From NCBI GenBank assembly GCA_003279775.1, contig QCGW01000001.1, positions 34,712 to 98,711 on the forward strand: a stretch of DNA of 64,000 bases, in the 5' to 3' direction. This document shows, in pieces, positions 1-10,771 of this stretch; position 1 is the first letter of the stretch; every line of letters starts with the position of its first letter. Both the position numbers and the translations under genes were made by a program. The stretch comes from Pelagibacteraceae bacterium AG-390-A23 (GTDB lineage: Bacteria; Pseudomonadota; Alphaproteobacteria; Pelagibacterales; Pelagibacteraceae). The notes below the pieces were generated by a model that was given only the letters and a program-made list of their open reading frames with translations, made no database searches and was not told the origin of the DNA.

Positions 1-95
1 TAGGATATTTACCAATAATCATGTTTTAATTTACTTTTAAATTGCGACAAATGTAATATACACATATACAAAAAAAAGAGTAGAAAGCAATCACG

Positions 96-734
96 ATGGC
101 GACAGAAAACTCAAAAGTTGTAGACTTAAATATCAAAAAAGAAGATAGGATTTTAGACTTTAGTGATTTCCAGAAACAAGAAATTAAGTTTGATATAGAG
201 AAATTACAAGAAGCATATCACCAAATAGTTAAGATTAAAAAATTTGAAGATGCAGGTGTTACTCACTTTGGTGCTATATCTCTAACTCAAATACCTGGTG
301 ATCCAGATTCAATAAAAGGTAATAAAGCTCGTGGAGTATACTGGACTAAACCTGACAAATCAGGAAAAGAAGTTTCTAGAGACGAAATGATTGATGAATC
401 ATCTTACTCAGAATTTATTAAAGACTATGAGAACACATATTTTAAAGAGGTTTATGATGTCCTTTCAAAAAAATATAAACTTGGAAGAGTTAGGATTCTA
501 TTAAAAGAGCCAAGATCAACTTTAAGTTGGCATAGAGATCCTGAACCAAGATTGCATATACCTATTATTACAAACCCTGGTTGTTTAATGGTAATTGATA
601 ATGTTGCGAAACATATGCCTGCTGATGGTTCGGTTTGGGTTACAAACAACACTAAATATCACAATGCATTTAATGGTGGAGAAGAGAATAGAATACATTT
701 AGTTGCTTGTGTTTTAGATTATAAATTTAATTAA
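96..734 (+). CDS. Aspartyl/asparaginyl beta-hydroxylase-like Fe(II)/2-oxoglutarate oxygenase domain protein
   Basis: Cupin-type HxD...H...R motif (WHRD...RLHIPI...HNAFN...RIHLV). Confidence 0.7.
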   Translation: MATENSKVVDLNIKKEDRILDFSDFQKQEIKFDIEKLQEAYHQIVKIKKFEDAGVTHFGAISLTQIPGDPDSIKGNKARGVYWTKPDKSGKEVSRDEMIDESSYSEFIKDYENTYFKEVYDVLSKKYKLGRVRILLKEPRSTLSWHRDPEPRLHIPIITNPGCLMVIDNVAKHMPADGSVWVTNNTKYHNAFNGGEENRIHLVACVLDYKFN

Positions 735-735
735 T

Positions 736-1161
736 TTGAAAAAAATATTTATTTCATCAGATCATGCTGGATTTAAATTAAAAGAACTAATCAAAGATTA
801 CTTAACAAATAAAAAAATAAAATTTGAAGATCTTGGTCCTAAAGATGACAGTAGCGTTGATTATCCTGACTATGCTCATAAAGTTGCTAGAAAAGTCAAA
901 TCAAGAAAAAGTAATGTTGGTATTTTAGTGTGTGGATCTGGGACTGGAATGAATATTGCGGCAAATAAGCATAAAAATATTCGCGCTGCACAATGTTTTA
1001 ATCTAAAATCAACGAAATTATCCAGATTGCATAACGATGCAAACATCATTACATTAGGGTCACGGTTGATAACCAAAAAAAATGCTTTGAAATTTGTAAG
1101 TGTTTTTTTAAATACAAAATTTGACGGTGGAAGACACTTGAGAAGGGTTAAGAAAATATAA
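736..1161 (+). CDS. rpiB: Ribose-5-phosphate isomerase B
   Basis: SDHAG, DYPD, CGSGTG, HNDAN, GGRH motifs; TTG start. Confidence 0.95.
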   Translation: MKKIFISSDHAGFKLKELIKDYLTNKKIKFEDLGPKDDSSVDYPDYAHKVARKVKSRKSNVGILVCGSGTGMNIAANKHKNIRAAQCFNLKSTKLSRLHNDANIITLGSRLITKKNALKFVSVFLNTKFDGGRHLRRVKKI

Positions 1162-1163
1162 TT

Positions 1164-2471
1164 ATGTCGAGCGAAAAAAGTTATTTAAACGATAGTTATA
1201 AAAGTTTTTTTGAGGATAGTTTATCTGTAAAAGATCCAGAGCTTTATAAAGCTATTAAAGATGAATTAATTAGACAGCAACAACATATAGAGCTAATTGC
1301 TTCTGAAAATATAGTATCTCAAGCAGTATTAGAAGCACAAGGATCAGTTTTGACTAACAAATATGCCGAAGGTTATCCTGGTAAAAGATATTATAATGGT
1401 TGCGAGCATGTTGATGTAGCAGAAAACCTTGCTATTGAAAGATTAAAAAAATTATTTAATTGTAAATTTGCAAATGCTCAACCACACTCAGGTGCACAAG
1501 CTAATGGAGCAGTGTTTTTAGCCCTATTAAGCCCGGGTGATACGTTCATGGGTATGAGTTTAAATTCAGGTGGTCACATTACTCATGGATTAAAAATTTC
1601 AATGTCTGGTAAATGGTTTAACGCTATAGGTTATGATGTAGACAAAGAATCTGAGTTGATAGATTATGATAATGTTGAAAAACTTGCATTAGAACATAAA
1701 CCTAAACTAATCATTGCAGGCGGAAGTGCTTATTCTAGAGTAATTGACTTTAAAAGATTTAGAGAAATAGCAGATAAAGTTGGAGCATATCTAATGGTTG
1801 ATATGGCTCACTTTTCAGGATTAGTTGCTGGTAAAGGATACCCTAATCCATGTGACTATGCTCATGTAGTTACTTCAACAACTCACAAAGTATTTAGAAG
1901 CGCAAGAGGAGGAATAATTTTAACTAATCATGAAGATCTTGCTAAAAAATTTAACACAGCCGTTTTTCCTGGTTATCAGGGAGGACCTTTAATGCATATT
2001 ATTGCGGCAAAAGCAGCTGGCTTTCTCGAAGCGCTACAACCAGAATTTCAAGATTACATTAAATCTGTTTTAGCAAACGCAAAAATGTTAGCAGAAACCT
2101 TAAAAAATAATGGATTTAAAATTTATTCAGATGGAACAGATACACATTTGATGTTGGTTGATTTGAGACCCTACAATGTAAAAGGAAATCTTGCGGCAGA
2201 GAGTTTGTCTAGAGCAAACATTACATGTAATAAAAATGGTATTCCATTTGATACAGAAAAACCAATGATTACATCTGGAATAAGATTAGGAACTCAAGCG
2301 GCTACAACTCGTGGATTTGGTTTAAATGAGTTTAAAACGGTAGGTGAATTAATAACAAAAACTCTGAAAGGTTTATCTGAAAACCCAACAGATAACAGTA
2401 AAATAGAAAACGAAGTAAAAAATGAAGTTATTTCTTTAACTTCTTCATTTCCGATATATAAGAACCTTTAG
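1164..2471 (+). CDS. glyA: Serine hydroxymethyltransferase
   Basis: [21 protein letters not shown] (PLP lysine). Confidence 0.98.
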   Translation: MSSEKSYLNDSYKSFFEDSLSVKDPELYKAIKDELIRQQQHIELIASENIVSQAVLEAQGSVLTNKYAEGYPGKRYYNGCEHVDVAENLAIERLKKLFNCKFANAQPHSGAQANGAVFLALLSPGDTFMGMSLNSGGHITHGLKISMSGKWFNAIGYDVDKESELIDYDNVEKLALEHKPKLIIAGGSAYSRVIDFKRFREIADKVGAYLMVDMAHFSGLVAGKGYPNPCDYAHVVTSTTHKVFRSARGGIILTNHEDLAKKFNTAVFPGYQGGPLMHIIAAKAAGFLEALQPEFQDYIKSVLANAKMLAETLKNNGFKIYSDGTDTHLMLVDLRPYNVKGNLAAESLSRANITCNKNGIPFDTEKPMITSGIRLGTQAATTRGFGLNEFKTVGELITKTLKGLSENPTDNSKIENEVKNEVISLTSSFPIYKNL

Positions 2472-2474
2472 TAA

Positions 2475-2933
2475 ATGATTTGTCCTTGTGAAAAAAAAGG
2501 TGATACATCTGTTGTAGACTCACGTCCAACTGAAGATGGTACTGCAATAAGAAGAAGAAGATTGTGCATATGTGGTGAAAGATTTACTACATTTGAGAGA
2601 ATTCAATTTAGAGAATTGATGGTAGTTAAAAAAAATGGAAGAAAATCATCATTTGATCGTGATAAATTATCTAAATCTATCTACATAGCTCTAAAAAAAA
2701 GACCAATAGATACGGCCACAATAGAAAAATTCATCAGTAACATTTCAAGATCTCTTGAAGAACTAGGACAAGGAGAGATATCAACAAATACAATTGGAAC
2801 AATGGTTATGGATGGATTAAAAGATTTAGACCCAGTTGGATATGTAAGATTTGCATCAGTATATAGAAATTTTAGAGAAGAAAAAGATTTCGTACAATTC
2901 GTGGACAAGCTTGATGTCTACAAAAAAAGATAA
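2475..2933 (+). CDS. nrdR: Transcriptional repressor NrdR
   Basis: VVDSR, RRRR, RFTTFE, ATP cone, YVRFASVY; glyA-nrdR-ribD synteny. Confidence 0.95.
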   Translation: MICPCEKKGDTSVVDSRPTEDGTAIRRRRLCICGERFTTFERIQFRELMVVKKNGRKSSFDRDKLSKSIYIALKKRPIDTATIEKFISNISRSLEELGQGEISTNTIGTMVMDGLKDLDPVGYVRFASVYRNFREEKDFVQFVDKLDVYKKR

Positions 2934-4017
2934 ATTTTCATCAAAAGATAAATTTTACATGGAATTAGCCTTGGACTTGGCTAAATCTCGTCATGGACAG
3001 ACCGGATCAAATCCTTCTGTAGGCTGTGTTATTGTCAAAAATGATAAAATTATTTCCATAGGACAAACCTCATTTAATGGAAGACCACACGCTGAATTAA
3101 ATGCGATTAAAAATAGTTTTGAAAAATTAGAAGGCTCAAAAATGTATGTTACTTTAGAGCCATGTTGTCATCATGGATTAACACCACCATGTACAGACGC
3201 GATAATAAAATCTAGAATTTCAGAGGTTATATATGCAGTTACCGACATAGATAAAAGAGTAAGAAATAAAAGTTTTAAAATTTTAAAGTCAAAAAAAATA
3301 ATTGTAAAAAAAGGTTTATTAAAAAGCAAAATTGAAAGTTTTTATTTACCTTATTTTTTTAATAGAAAGAAAAAATTACCCTTTGTTACCGGAAAAATAG
3401 CTATTTCAAAAAACAATATTATTTACAGCAAAACTCAAAAAAAGATTACAAATTCTTATTCAGATCAGTTTACACACATTTTGAGATATCAAAATGATAG
3501 TTTGATGATTACTCACAAAACACTAAATAAAGATAATCCAAAATTAAATTGTCGTTTAAAGGGTTTTGAAAAATTTTCTCCAAAAAGAATTATTTTAGAT
3601 AACAAGTTAAATTCTAAAATAAACAGTTATATAATAAAATCCTCTAATAACAAAAATACTATAATTTTTTATAATAAAGCAAACAAATTAAAAATTTCAA
3701 AATTTAAAAGAAAAGGAATTCATCTAATTAAATCTCGAATTGATCGAAATAACAGATTTGATATTAAATTAATTTTGAAAAAATTACATAATTATGGATG
3801 CAGAAATTTGCTAATTGAAGGAGGAGATAAATTAACAAATTCACTGATAAAGAATAAAATTTTTAATAAATTTTATTTGTATAAAAGTCCAAAAAATCTC
3901 TCTAAAAACTTCGAATATTTGAAATTTAGTAGTCAAAATATATTAAATCAAAAATATAAAACAAAAATTAATCTAAATCTCAATTTACGAAAAGACAGAA
4001 TAACACTATATAGTTAG
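2914..4017 (+). CDS. ribD: Riboflavin biosynthesis deaminase/reductase RibD
   Basis: NPSVGCVIV, HAE, TLEPCCHHGLTPPC; start moved to ATG 2914 to limit overlap with nrdR. Confidence 0.93.
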   Translation: MSTKKDKFSSKDKFYMELALDLAKSRHGQTGSNPSVGCVIVKNDKIISIGQTSFNGRPHAELNAIKNSFEKLEGSKMYVTLEPCCHHGLTPPCTDAIIKSRISEVIYAVTDIDKRVRNKSFKILKSKKIIVKKGLLKSKIESFYLPYFFNRKKKLPFVTGKIAISKNNIIYSKTQKKITNSYSDQFTHILRYQNDSLMITHKTLNKDNPKLNCRLKGFEKFSPKRIILDNKLNSKINSYIIKSSNNKNTIIFYNKANKLKISKFKRKGIHLIKSRIDRNNRFDIKLILKKLHNYGCRNLLIEGGDKLTNSLIKNKIFNKFYLYKSPKNLSKNFEYLKFSSQNILNQKYKTKINLNLNLRKDRITLYS

Positions 4018-4022
4018 AAAAA

Positions 4023-4616
4023 ATGTTTAATGGAATAATTTATAACCAAGGTACTATTACTAAAATTATTAAAAGACCCAAAGGTCTTAACATTTTTGTT
4101 AAAAGTAATGTTAAAGTATCCAATAAAGACATTGGTTTATCTGTTGCCTGTGATGGTGTTTGTCTAACTTTAATTTCATATAAATCTAAAATTATGGAAT
4201 TTTATCTTTCAAATGAAACGATAATTCGATCAAGATTTAAATTTTTAAAAATAAAAGATAAAATAAATTTAGAATTACCCTTAAAATATGGGACAAAAAT
4301 TTCAGGACATATTTGTCAAGGACATGTTGATACTGTTGGTAAAGTATTAAGTATTAAAAAAATAGATAAATCATTTCTTTTTGACTTTGATTTACCTAAA
4401 AAGGAAAGAAAACATTTAATAGAAAAAGCATCAATCTGTGTGAATGGTATTTCTCTTACAATTTCAAAAGTGACTAAAAAAGGTTTCCAAATTTGGATTA
4501 TCCCTCACACCTACAAGGAAACGAATTTATCAACTTTAAAAAAATCTAGTTTAGTCAACATAGAGATAGATATCTTGTCTAAATACGTTAGGAATTATTT
4601 TAATGGAAAAAAATAA
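4023..4616 (+). CDS. ribE: Riboflavin synthase (alpha chain)
   Basis: MFNGII start, GVCLT, GHICQGHVD, NGISLT, VNIEID. Confidence 0.95.
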   Translation: MFNGIIYNQGTITKIIKRPKGLNIFVKSNVKVSNKDIGLSVACDGVCLTLISYKSKIMEFYLSNETIIRSRFKFLKIKDKINLELPLKYGTKISGHICQGHVDTVGKVLSIKKIDKSFLFDFDLPKKERKHLIEKASICVNGISLTISKVTKKGFQIWIIPHTYKETNLSTLKKSSLVNIEIDILSKYVRNYFNGKK

Positions 4617-5703
4617 TTTTGCATCAATAGAGTCAATTATAAGTGTAGCCAAAAAAGGTGGTATGTTTATTTTAGTAGATGATGAAAAAAGAGAAAATGA
4701 AGGAGATTTAGTTATTTCAACATCAGATTCAAATGCAAAGAATATTAACTTCATGGCAAAATACGGACGAGGCTTAATTTGTTTAGCCCTTGATTCACTT
4801 CAAGCAAAAAGATTAAATTTATCTTTAATGTCTCCAGTAAATCAATCAAGAAACAAGACGGCATTTACAATTTCTATTGAAGCAAAAAAAGGGATAACAA
4901 CAGGCATATCCGCTAAAGATAGAGCGAAAACAATCAAAATTGCTTCAAAAAAAAATGTAAATAAAAATGAGATTGTTTCACCTGGTCACGTATTCCCAAT
5001 TATAGCTAAAGATGGTGGAGTACTTGTTAGAGCAGGGCACACTGAAGCTTCGGTTGATATATCTAAATTAGCAAAAAAAAATAACTCTGCTGTAATTTGT
5101 GAAATTATGAATGAAGATGGAACAATGGCTAAAGGTCAGGATTTATTCAATTTTGCAAAAAAACATAAATTAAAAATTGGAAAGATAGAAGATCTGATCG
5201 CATATAGACTAAAAAAAGAAAAACTTATTAAACTTAAAAAGCAAAGCAAGATTGATGTAAAAAATCAAAAATACAATATTAGAATTTACGAGAATCTTTT
5301 AGATGGCTCAGAGCACTTCGCATTAATAAAAGGTAAAATAAATAAAGGTATTACTCCAAGAGTAAGAGTAATTTCATCTAATGTCGTCCAAAACTATCTA
5401 TTAAATCAATCACTACCCAACTCATTTAACAAGACTTTAAATTATTTTAAAAAATATCAAAATTGTGTTTTAGTTTTTATCAAAGATTCAAATTTAAAAT
5501 CAGTAACTCAGACTTTAAAAGATTATAAAAACAAAGACTTTTATAAAAAAGGAAATGACAAGTTAATAAGAAATTATGGTATTGGAGCTCAAATTATTAA
5601 AGACTTAAAAATTAAAAACATGATATTAATCACTAAATCACCAAAAAAAGTTATTGGTCTTGATGGTTATGGTATAAAAATTACAAAACAGGAATTAATT
5701 TGA
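4603..5703 (+). CDS. ribB: 3,4-dihydroxy-2-butanone-4-phosphate synthase fused to a degenerate GTP cyclohydrolase II-like domain (RibBX-type)
   Basis: DDEKRENEGD, PGHVFP, RAGHTEA, CEIMNEDG; C-terminal RNYGIGAQI without the Zn-binding cysteines. Confidence 0.93.
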   Translation: MEKNNFASIESIISVAKKGGMFILVDDEKRENEGDLVISTSDSNAKNINFMAKYGRGLICLALDSLQAKRLNLSLMSPVNQSRNKTAFTISIEAKKGITTGISAKDRAKTIKIASKKNVNKNEIVSPGHVFPIIAKDGGVLVRAGHTEASVDISKLAKKNNSAVICEIMNEDGTMAKGQDLFNFAKKHKLKIGKIEDLIAYRLKKEKLIKLKKQSKIDVKNQKYNIRIYENLLDGSEHFALIKGKINKGITPRVRVISSNVVQNYLLNQSLPNSFNKTLNYFKKYQNCVLVFIKDSNLKSVTQTLKDYKNKDFYKKGNDKLIRNYGIGAQIIKDLKIKNMILITKSPKKVIGLDGYGIKITKQELI

Positions 5704-6092
5704 TGAAAAAAAAATATTTAATTGTTGTAGCAGATTATTATAAAGATATTGCTGACGGCTTAATAAGCAGTGCTTTAAAAATAATCCCAAAAAAAAATAT
5801 AATAAAAATTATTAAAGTACCTGGTGCTTTTGAAATTCCAGTTACAATCTCAAAAAATTTAAAAAAATATGATGGTTTTTTAGCTTTAGGATGTGTAATT
5901 AAAGGTCAAACGCCACACTTTGATTTTATTTCTCAAGCTTCAACAGACGCCATAATGAAATTATCTATAGATAGTAAAAAACCTATTGGAAATGGAATAA
6001 TTACCTGTCTAAATATGGCTCAAGCAAGAGCAAGAAGAAAAAAGGGTGCTGAAGCTGCAGAAGCTGTGATTTCAGTTTTGTCTCAAAAATGA
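5700..6092 (+). CDS. ribH: 6,7-dimethyl-8-ribityllumazine synthase
   Basis: VPGAFEIP, LGCVIKGQTPHFD, QARAR, KGAEAA. Confidence 0.93.
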   Translation: MMKKKYLIVVADYYKDIADGLISSALKIIPKKNIIKIIKVPGAFEIPVTISKNLKKYDGFLALGCVIKGQTPHFDFISQASTDAIMKLSIDSKKPIGNGIITCLNMAQARARRKKGAEAAEAVISVLSQK

Positions 6093-6493
6093 GAACTCAT
6101 TATAATCCTAAAAATAATCCTAGAGTTATAATTATACAGAAATTATATGGAAAATTTTATAATGAAGATGATGATTTAGATTTTCCAAAACATAGATTTA
6201 AAAAATTTATTAAAGATATTGTTTTAGGAACGATAGAAAGAAACGATATTATTTTAGATGAATTAAATAATAAATTAGGCGATGAATTTGTATTTGAAAA
6301 ATTAGACAAAGTTTTTCAAACAATTTTGAAAGCGGCAACTTATGAATTTATGTATAAGCCAAATTTATCTATAAATATAATTATTAAAGAATATTTAAAT
6401 TCATCTAATTTTTTTCTTGAAGACTCACAAACAAAGTATCTTAATGCTTTATTAGACAACGTTGGAAAAAAATTAAGATCTAGCAATGCATGA
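6089..6493 (+). CDS. nusB: Transcription antitermination factor NusB
   Basis: ILKAATYE, IIIKEY, YLNALLD; ribH-nusB-thiL synteny. Confidence 0.88.
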   Translation: MRTHYNPKNNPRVIIIQKLYGKFYNEDDDLDFPKHRFKKFIKDIVLGTIERNDIILDELNNKLGDEFVFEKLDKVFQTILKAATYEFMYKPNLSINIIIKEYLNSSNFFLEDSQTKYLNALLDNVGKKLRSSNA

Positions 6494-7445
6494 ATTTGAT
6501 CTAATAAAAAATTATTTTTTTAAAATAGCTAAAAAAAATAAATCTGCTCTTAACCTCAATGATGATGTTTTTTTCGATAAAAAAAGAGGTGTTGTTATAT
6601 CTGTTGATACTTACAATATTGGTACGCATTTTTATGATTTTAAATCTCCAGATTTAGTAATTAAAAAAATATTAAGATCATCAATTTCTGATTTAATTTG
6701 TAAAGGCGTAATACCAAAGTTTTATTTTATTTCTGGTTCAGGTAATAAAAAAACATTTACAAAAAATAATTTATATAAAATTTCAAAGTCACTTAAATCA
6801 GAACAAAATAAATTTAATATATATTTATGTGGAGGAGACACAACCTTTTCAAGCAAACTTAGTTTTACAATCACCTCATTGGGATATTCAAATAAAATAA
6901 TTTATCGTAATAATGCTAGATTAAATGATGACATTTATGTTACTGGAAATTTAGGAGATAGTTTTTTAGGACTCAAAGCATTAAGAAATAAAACTAAATT
7001 AAAAAATAAAGATAAATTATTTTTTGTAGATAAATATTACAAACCTGAGTTGCCTTTAAATTTAACAAAACATTTATTAAAATTTGCTAATAGCTCTATC
7101 GATGTTTCAGATGGATTAATTGATGATTTAGCAAAAATGATCAATAGACAAAGCTTATCATTTCACTTATTTGAAAATAAAATACCTGTTTCGAATAAAT
7201 TGAGTAATTTTGTTAAAAAAAAAAGATTAAATAAAATTAATCTAATTTCTAATGGAGATGATTATCAGGTATTATTTACTGCAGATATTAATAAAGCTAG
7301 AATCATTCAAAAAGCATCTAAAACAACAGGAATTAAAATTACTAAAATTGGTAAAATTGTATCTGGTAAAGATAGATCTTTAATATTCAATGAAAAAGGC
7401 AAGCAAATACGAGCTAAATCCAAAGGTTATATTCATCGGTTTTAG
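6486..7445 (+). CDS. thiL: Thiamine-monophosphate kinase
   Basis: EFDLI, SDL, GGDT, IYVTGNLGDS, DVSDGL, GDDY, GYIHRF. Confidence 0.93.
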   Translation: MHEFDLIKNYFFKIAKKNKSALNLNDDVFFDKKRGVVISVDTYNIGTHFYDFKSPDLVIKKILRSSISDLICKGVIPKFYFISGSGNKKTFTKNNLYKISKSLKSEQNKFNIYLCGGDTTFSSKLSFTITSLGYSNKIIYRNNARLNDDIYVTGNLGDSFLGLKALRNKTKLKNKDKLFFVDKYYKPELPLNLTKHLLKFANSSIDVSDGLIDDLAKMINRQSLSFHLFENKIPVSNKLSNFVKKKRLNKINLISNGDDYQVLFTADINKARIIQKASKTTGIKITKIGKIVSGKDRSLIFNEKGKQIRAKSKGYIHRF

Positions 7446-7523
7446 AAGTTAATCGTTGTCTTTTCTATCTTTTTTTGTATTGTGCGGGCTTAAAAATTTA
7501 ACAACCAACAACTTAAGGTTAAT

Positions 7524-9629
7524 ATGAGCGGAACAGTCGAAACAATACTATTATACACAATCGGAGCTGGTTTATTATCTATCGTTTATGGATTTTTAAC
7601 TGGTAAAAACATTCTTAATTCAAGTGCAGGAAATGCAAAAATGCAAGATATTGCATCTGCAATTCAAATTGGTGCAAAAGCATATTTAGCAAGACAATAT
7701 AAAACTATAGCTATTGTTGGTGCTGTAGTTTTAGTAATTGTGAGTATTGCATTTAGTCCACTAGTAGGTCTTGGTTATTTAATAGGTGCAGCCTTATCTG
7801 GTATTGCCGGATATGTAGGTATGTTAGTTTCTGTGGAAGCAAACGTAAGAACGGCAGAAGCATCAAGAAAGGGCTTAGCTCAAGGTCTTTCAGTTGCTTT
7901 TAAATCTGGAGCTGTAACTGGAATGTTAGTAGCTGGTTTGGCACTATTATCTATAGCTGTATATTATTATATATTATTAAAATCTAATGTAGATGAAAGA
8001 GAAATAGTCAATGCATTAGTTGCATTAGGTTTTGGTGCTTCTCTAATTTCTATCTTTGCAAGATTAGGTGGTGGAATTTTTACAAAAGGTGCAGATGTTG
8101 GTGCTGACTTAGTTGGTAAAGTAGAAGCTGGAATTCCAGAGGATGATCCTAGAAACCCTGCTGTGATTGCAGATAACGTTGGTGACAACGTAGGAGACTG
8201 TGCTGGTATGGCTGCTGATTTATTTGAAACGTACGCAGTTACAATTGTTGCAACAATGGTTTTATCTTCAATTTTCTTTGTTGGTGATTTAAATATGATG
8301 ATTTACCCTCTATCTATTGGTGCTGCATGTTTGTTAACGTCTATTATTGGAACTTTTTTCGTTAAACTTGGTAAAAGCAATAATGTTATGAATGCCTTGT
8401 ATAAAGGATTTGTTGTTTCTGCTGTAGCATCTTTAGTAATATTATGGCCTGTTACAGATCACGTAATTGGTTTTGCAAATGAATATACAGTTAACAATAA
8501 GACTTTTAATGGAATGGATCTATATTATTGTGGTGTCATTGGTTTAGTTATTACTGGATTATTAATTTGGATTACAGAATACTATACAGGAACAAGTTAT
8601 AGACCAGTTAAATCTGTTGCATTATCATCAACAACTGGTCATGGTACTAACGTTATCCAAGGTTTAGCTGTTTCCATGGAAGCAACCGCAATACCTGCGC
8701 TAATAATTGTTGCGGGTATTCTCATCACAAATTCTATTGCTGGACTTTTTGGTATCGCTATCGCTGTAACTACTATGCTTGCATTAGCAGGAATGGTTGT
8801 TGCACTAGATGCATACGGACCAGTTACTGATAATGCTGGTGGTATAGCAGAAATGTCTAATCTTGATAAAAAAGTTAGAAAAACAACTGATGCTTTAGAT
8901 GCGGTAGGAAACACAACTAAAGCTGTTACAAAAGGTTATGCAATTGGTTCAGCAGGTTTAGGTGCATTAGTTTTATTCGCAGCTTATACAGAGGATATTA
9001 AACACTTTTCAAAAGAAGCAGGATCTGCATTAGAAGGTATTGTGGTAACTTTTGATTTATCTAACCCTTATGTAGTTGTTGGATTATTGATTGGTGGAAT
9101 GTTACCTTATCTTTTTGGATCAATGGGAATGCAAGCTGTTGGAAGAGCTGGTGGTGCAGTTGTAGTTGAAGTAAGAAGACAATTTAAAAAATTCCCTGGC
9201 ATTATGAAAAGAAAACAAAAACCTGATTATGCTAAGTTAGTAGATTTACTTACTGTAGCTGCTATCAAGGAAATGATTATACCGTCACTATTACCGGTTT
9301 TATCACCTGTAATTTTATATTTTATAATTCTATCAATTGGTGGACAAGTTGCTGCTTTAGCTGCAGTTGGTGCAATGTTACTTGGTGTTATAATCACTGG
9401 TTTGTTTGTTGCTGTATCAATGACTGCAGGTGGTGGTGCTTGGGATAATGCAAAAAAATATATTGAAGATGGAAATCATGGTGGAAAAGGTTCAGAAGCC
9501 CACAAAGCTGCTGTAACTGGTGATACGGTTGGTGATCCTTATAAAGATACAGCCGGACCAGCAGTAAACCCAATGATTAAAATTACCAACATAGTAGCTT
9601 TACTTCTTCTAGCTGTTATCGCTGGTTAA
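7524..9629 (+). CDS. hppA: Membrane ion-translocating pyrophosphatase, probably K+-independent H+-PPase
   Basis: [29 protein letters not shown]; GNTTKA (Lys form marks the K+-independent family). Confidence 0.95.
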   Translation: MSGTVETILLYTIGAGLLSIVYGFLTGKNILNSSAGNAKMQDIASAIQIGAKAYLARQYKTIAIVGAVVLVIVSIAFSPLVGLGYLIGAALSGIAGYVGMLVSVEANVRTAEASRKGLAQGLSVAFKSGAVTGMLVAGLALLSIAVYYYILLKSNVDEREIVNALVALGFGASLISIFARLGGGIFTKGADVGADLVGKVEAGIPEDDPRNPAVIADNVGDNVGDCAGMAADLFETYAVTIVATMVLSSIFFVGDLNMMIYPLSIGAACLLTSIIGTFFVKLGKSNNVMNALYKGFVVSAVASLVILWPVTDHVIGFANEYTVNNKTFNGMDLYYCGVIGLVITGLLIWITEYYTGTSYRPVKSVALSSTTGHGTNVIQGLAVSMEATAIPALIIVAGILITNSIAGLFGIAIAVTTMLALAGMVVALDAYGPVTDNAGGIAEMSNLDKKVRKTTDALDAVGNTTKAVTKGYAIGSAGLGALVLFAAYTEDIKHFSKEAGSALEGIVVTFDLSNPYVVVGLLIGGMLPYLFGSMGMQAVGRAGGAVVVEVRRQFKKFPGIMKRKQKPDYAKLVDLLTVAAIKEMIIPSLLPVLSPVILYFIILSIGGQVAALAAVGAMLLGVIITGLFVAVSMTAGGGAWDNAKKYIEDGNHGGKGSEAHKAAVTGDTVGDPYKDTAGPAVNPMIKITNIVALLLLAVIAG

Positions 9630-10101
9630 TCTCTTTACGTTTTTTGGCCCTCTGTCCAAGAGGGTCATTAATCTTTTGTCTCATACTTGACATAAAGTCA
9701 TAAATAAAAGAGTTTCGCTTGAAACCCGCTTCTGTTGTCGCTTCAACAATTTTAATGTTTTCCATATCTTCTTTATTATAAAATTCTTTTTTTTTTAAAA
9801 TTCCGTAACTATCTATCTCTAATACCAACACATCATTCTTGGAAATTTTCATTTTACCTAAATTTTTTAACTTAGATTGGGTTTGTTTTCTTTCAATATA
9901 AATCCATATATCATTATCAAATTTACTTGTTGTAGAAGGATTACCTAAAATTTTTCTAATATCATTCTTATTACTTTTATTAACTGTAAGTTCTAATTGT
10001 TTTTTTTCTAAAAAAGGGACACCATGATGTTTTACCACAGGTTTAAATGAGCAATTTGAAACTATAAATGATATTAAAATTATATATAATATTTTATTCA
10101 T
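9616..10101 (-). CDS. bamE: Outer membrane assembly lipoprotein BamE (SmpA/OmlA)
   Basis: Lipobox (VSNC), ILGNPS, WIYI; divergent from the Cbp3-like gene as in other alphaproteobacteria. Confidence 0.85.
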   Translation of the reverse strand: MNKILYIILISFIVSNCSFKPVVKHHGVPFLEKKQLELTVNKSNKNDIRKILGNPSTTSKFDNDIWIYIERKQTQSKLKNLGKMKISKNDVLVLEIDSYGILKKKEFYNKEDMENIKIVEATTEAGFKRNSFIYDFMSSMRQKINDPLGQRAKKRKEINQR

Positions 10102-10567
10102 GAATGAAAAATATATACATATTTATAATAATTTAATTAATTACACTAGAAATAAAGATTTATATAAAAATCTCGATAGAGAAGACAACTTTTCTGACCG
10201 ATTGACCCTTTTTTTACTACATTTCTCTTTTTTTTTGAAAAATTATAAAAATGAGGAAAATAAGAAAATTCTACAGGAAATTTATGATTATAATTTTAGG
10301 CAACTTGAGTTGAGCATTAGAGAAATAGGATATGGGGATCAATCTATAAATAAAAAAATGAAAGATTATATAAATTTATTTCATTCTATGGTTTCTGAAA
10401 TACATTTTTGGGATAATTTATCAAATTCAGATAAATTAAATAAAATTTCCATTTTTTTAAGTGATTTTAAAAATAATGAGGAATTAGTGGATTATTTTGA
10501 TATTTTTAACGCAAATTTATCAAAAAAAACTTTGAATTCTTATTTAAAAAGTGTAAGTAACCCATAA
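10100..10567 (+). CDS. Ubiquinol-cytochrome c chaperone (Cbp3-like)
   Basis: [27 protein letters not shown]; position next to bamE. Confidence 0.8.
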   Translation: MNEKYIHIYNNLINYTRNKDLYKNLDREDNFSDRLTLFLLHFSFFLKNYKNEENKKILQEIYDYNFRQLELSIREIGYGDQSINKKMKDYINLFHSMVSEIHFWDNLSNSDKLNKISIFLSDFKNNEELVDYFDIFNANLSKKTLNSYLKSVSNP

Positions 10568-10569
10568 TT

Positions 10570-10752
10570 ATGGCTGTACCTAAACGAAAACAAACACCTT
10601 CCAGAACTGGAATGAGAAGAGCTCAAACTATGAAATTTTCAACTAAAAATATAGTTGAAGACAAAAAGTCAGGAGAATACAGACTTTCTCATCATTTAGA
10701 CCTTAAAACAGGCATGTATAAAGGAAGACAAGTTTTAGACCCAAAAGAATAG
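10570..10752 (+). CDS. rpmF: 50S ribosomal protein L32 (Zn-free form)
   Basis: [22 protein letters not shown]. Confidence 0.93.
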   Translation: MAVPKRKQTPSRTGMRRAQTMKFSTKNIVEDKKSGEYRLSHHLDLKTGMYKGRQVLDPKE

Positions 10753-10771
10753 TATATTATAATCTATTAAA

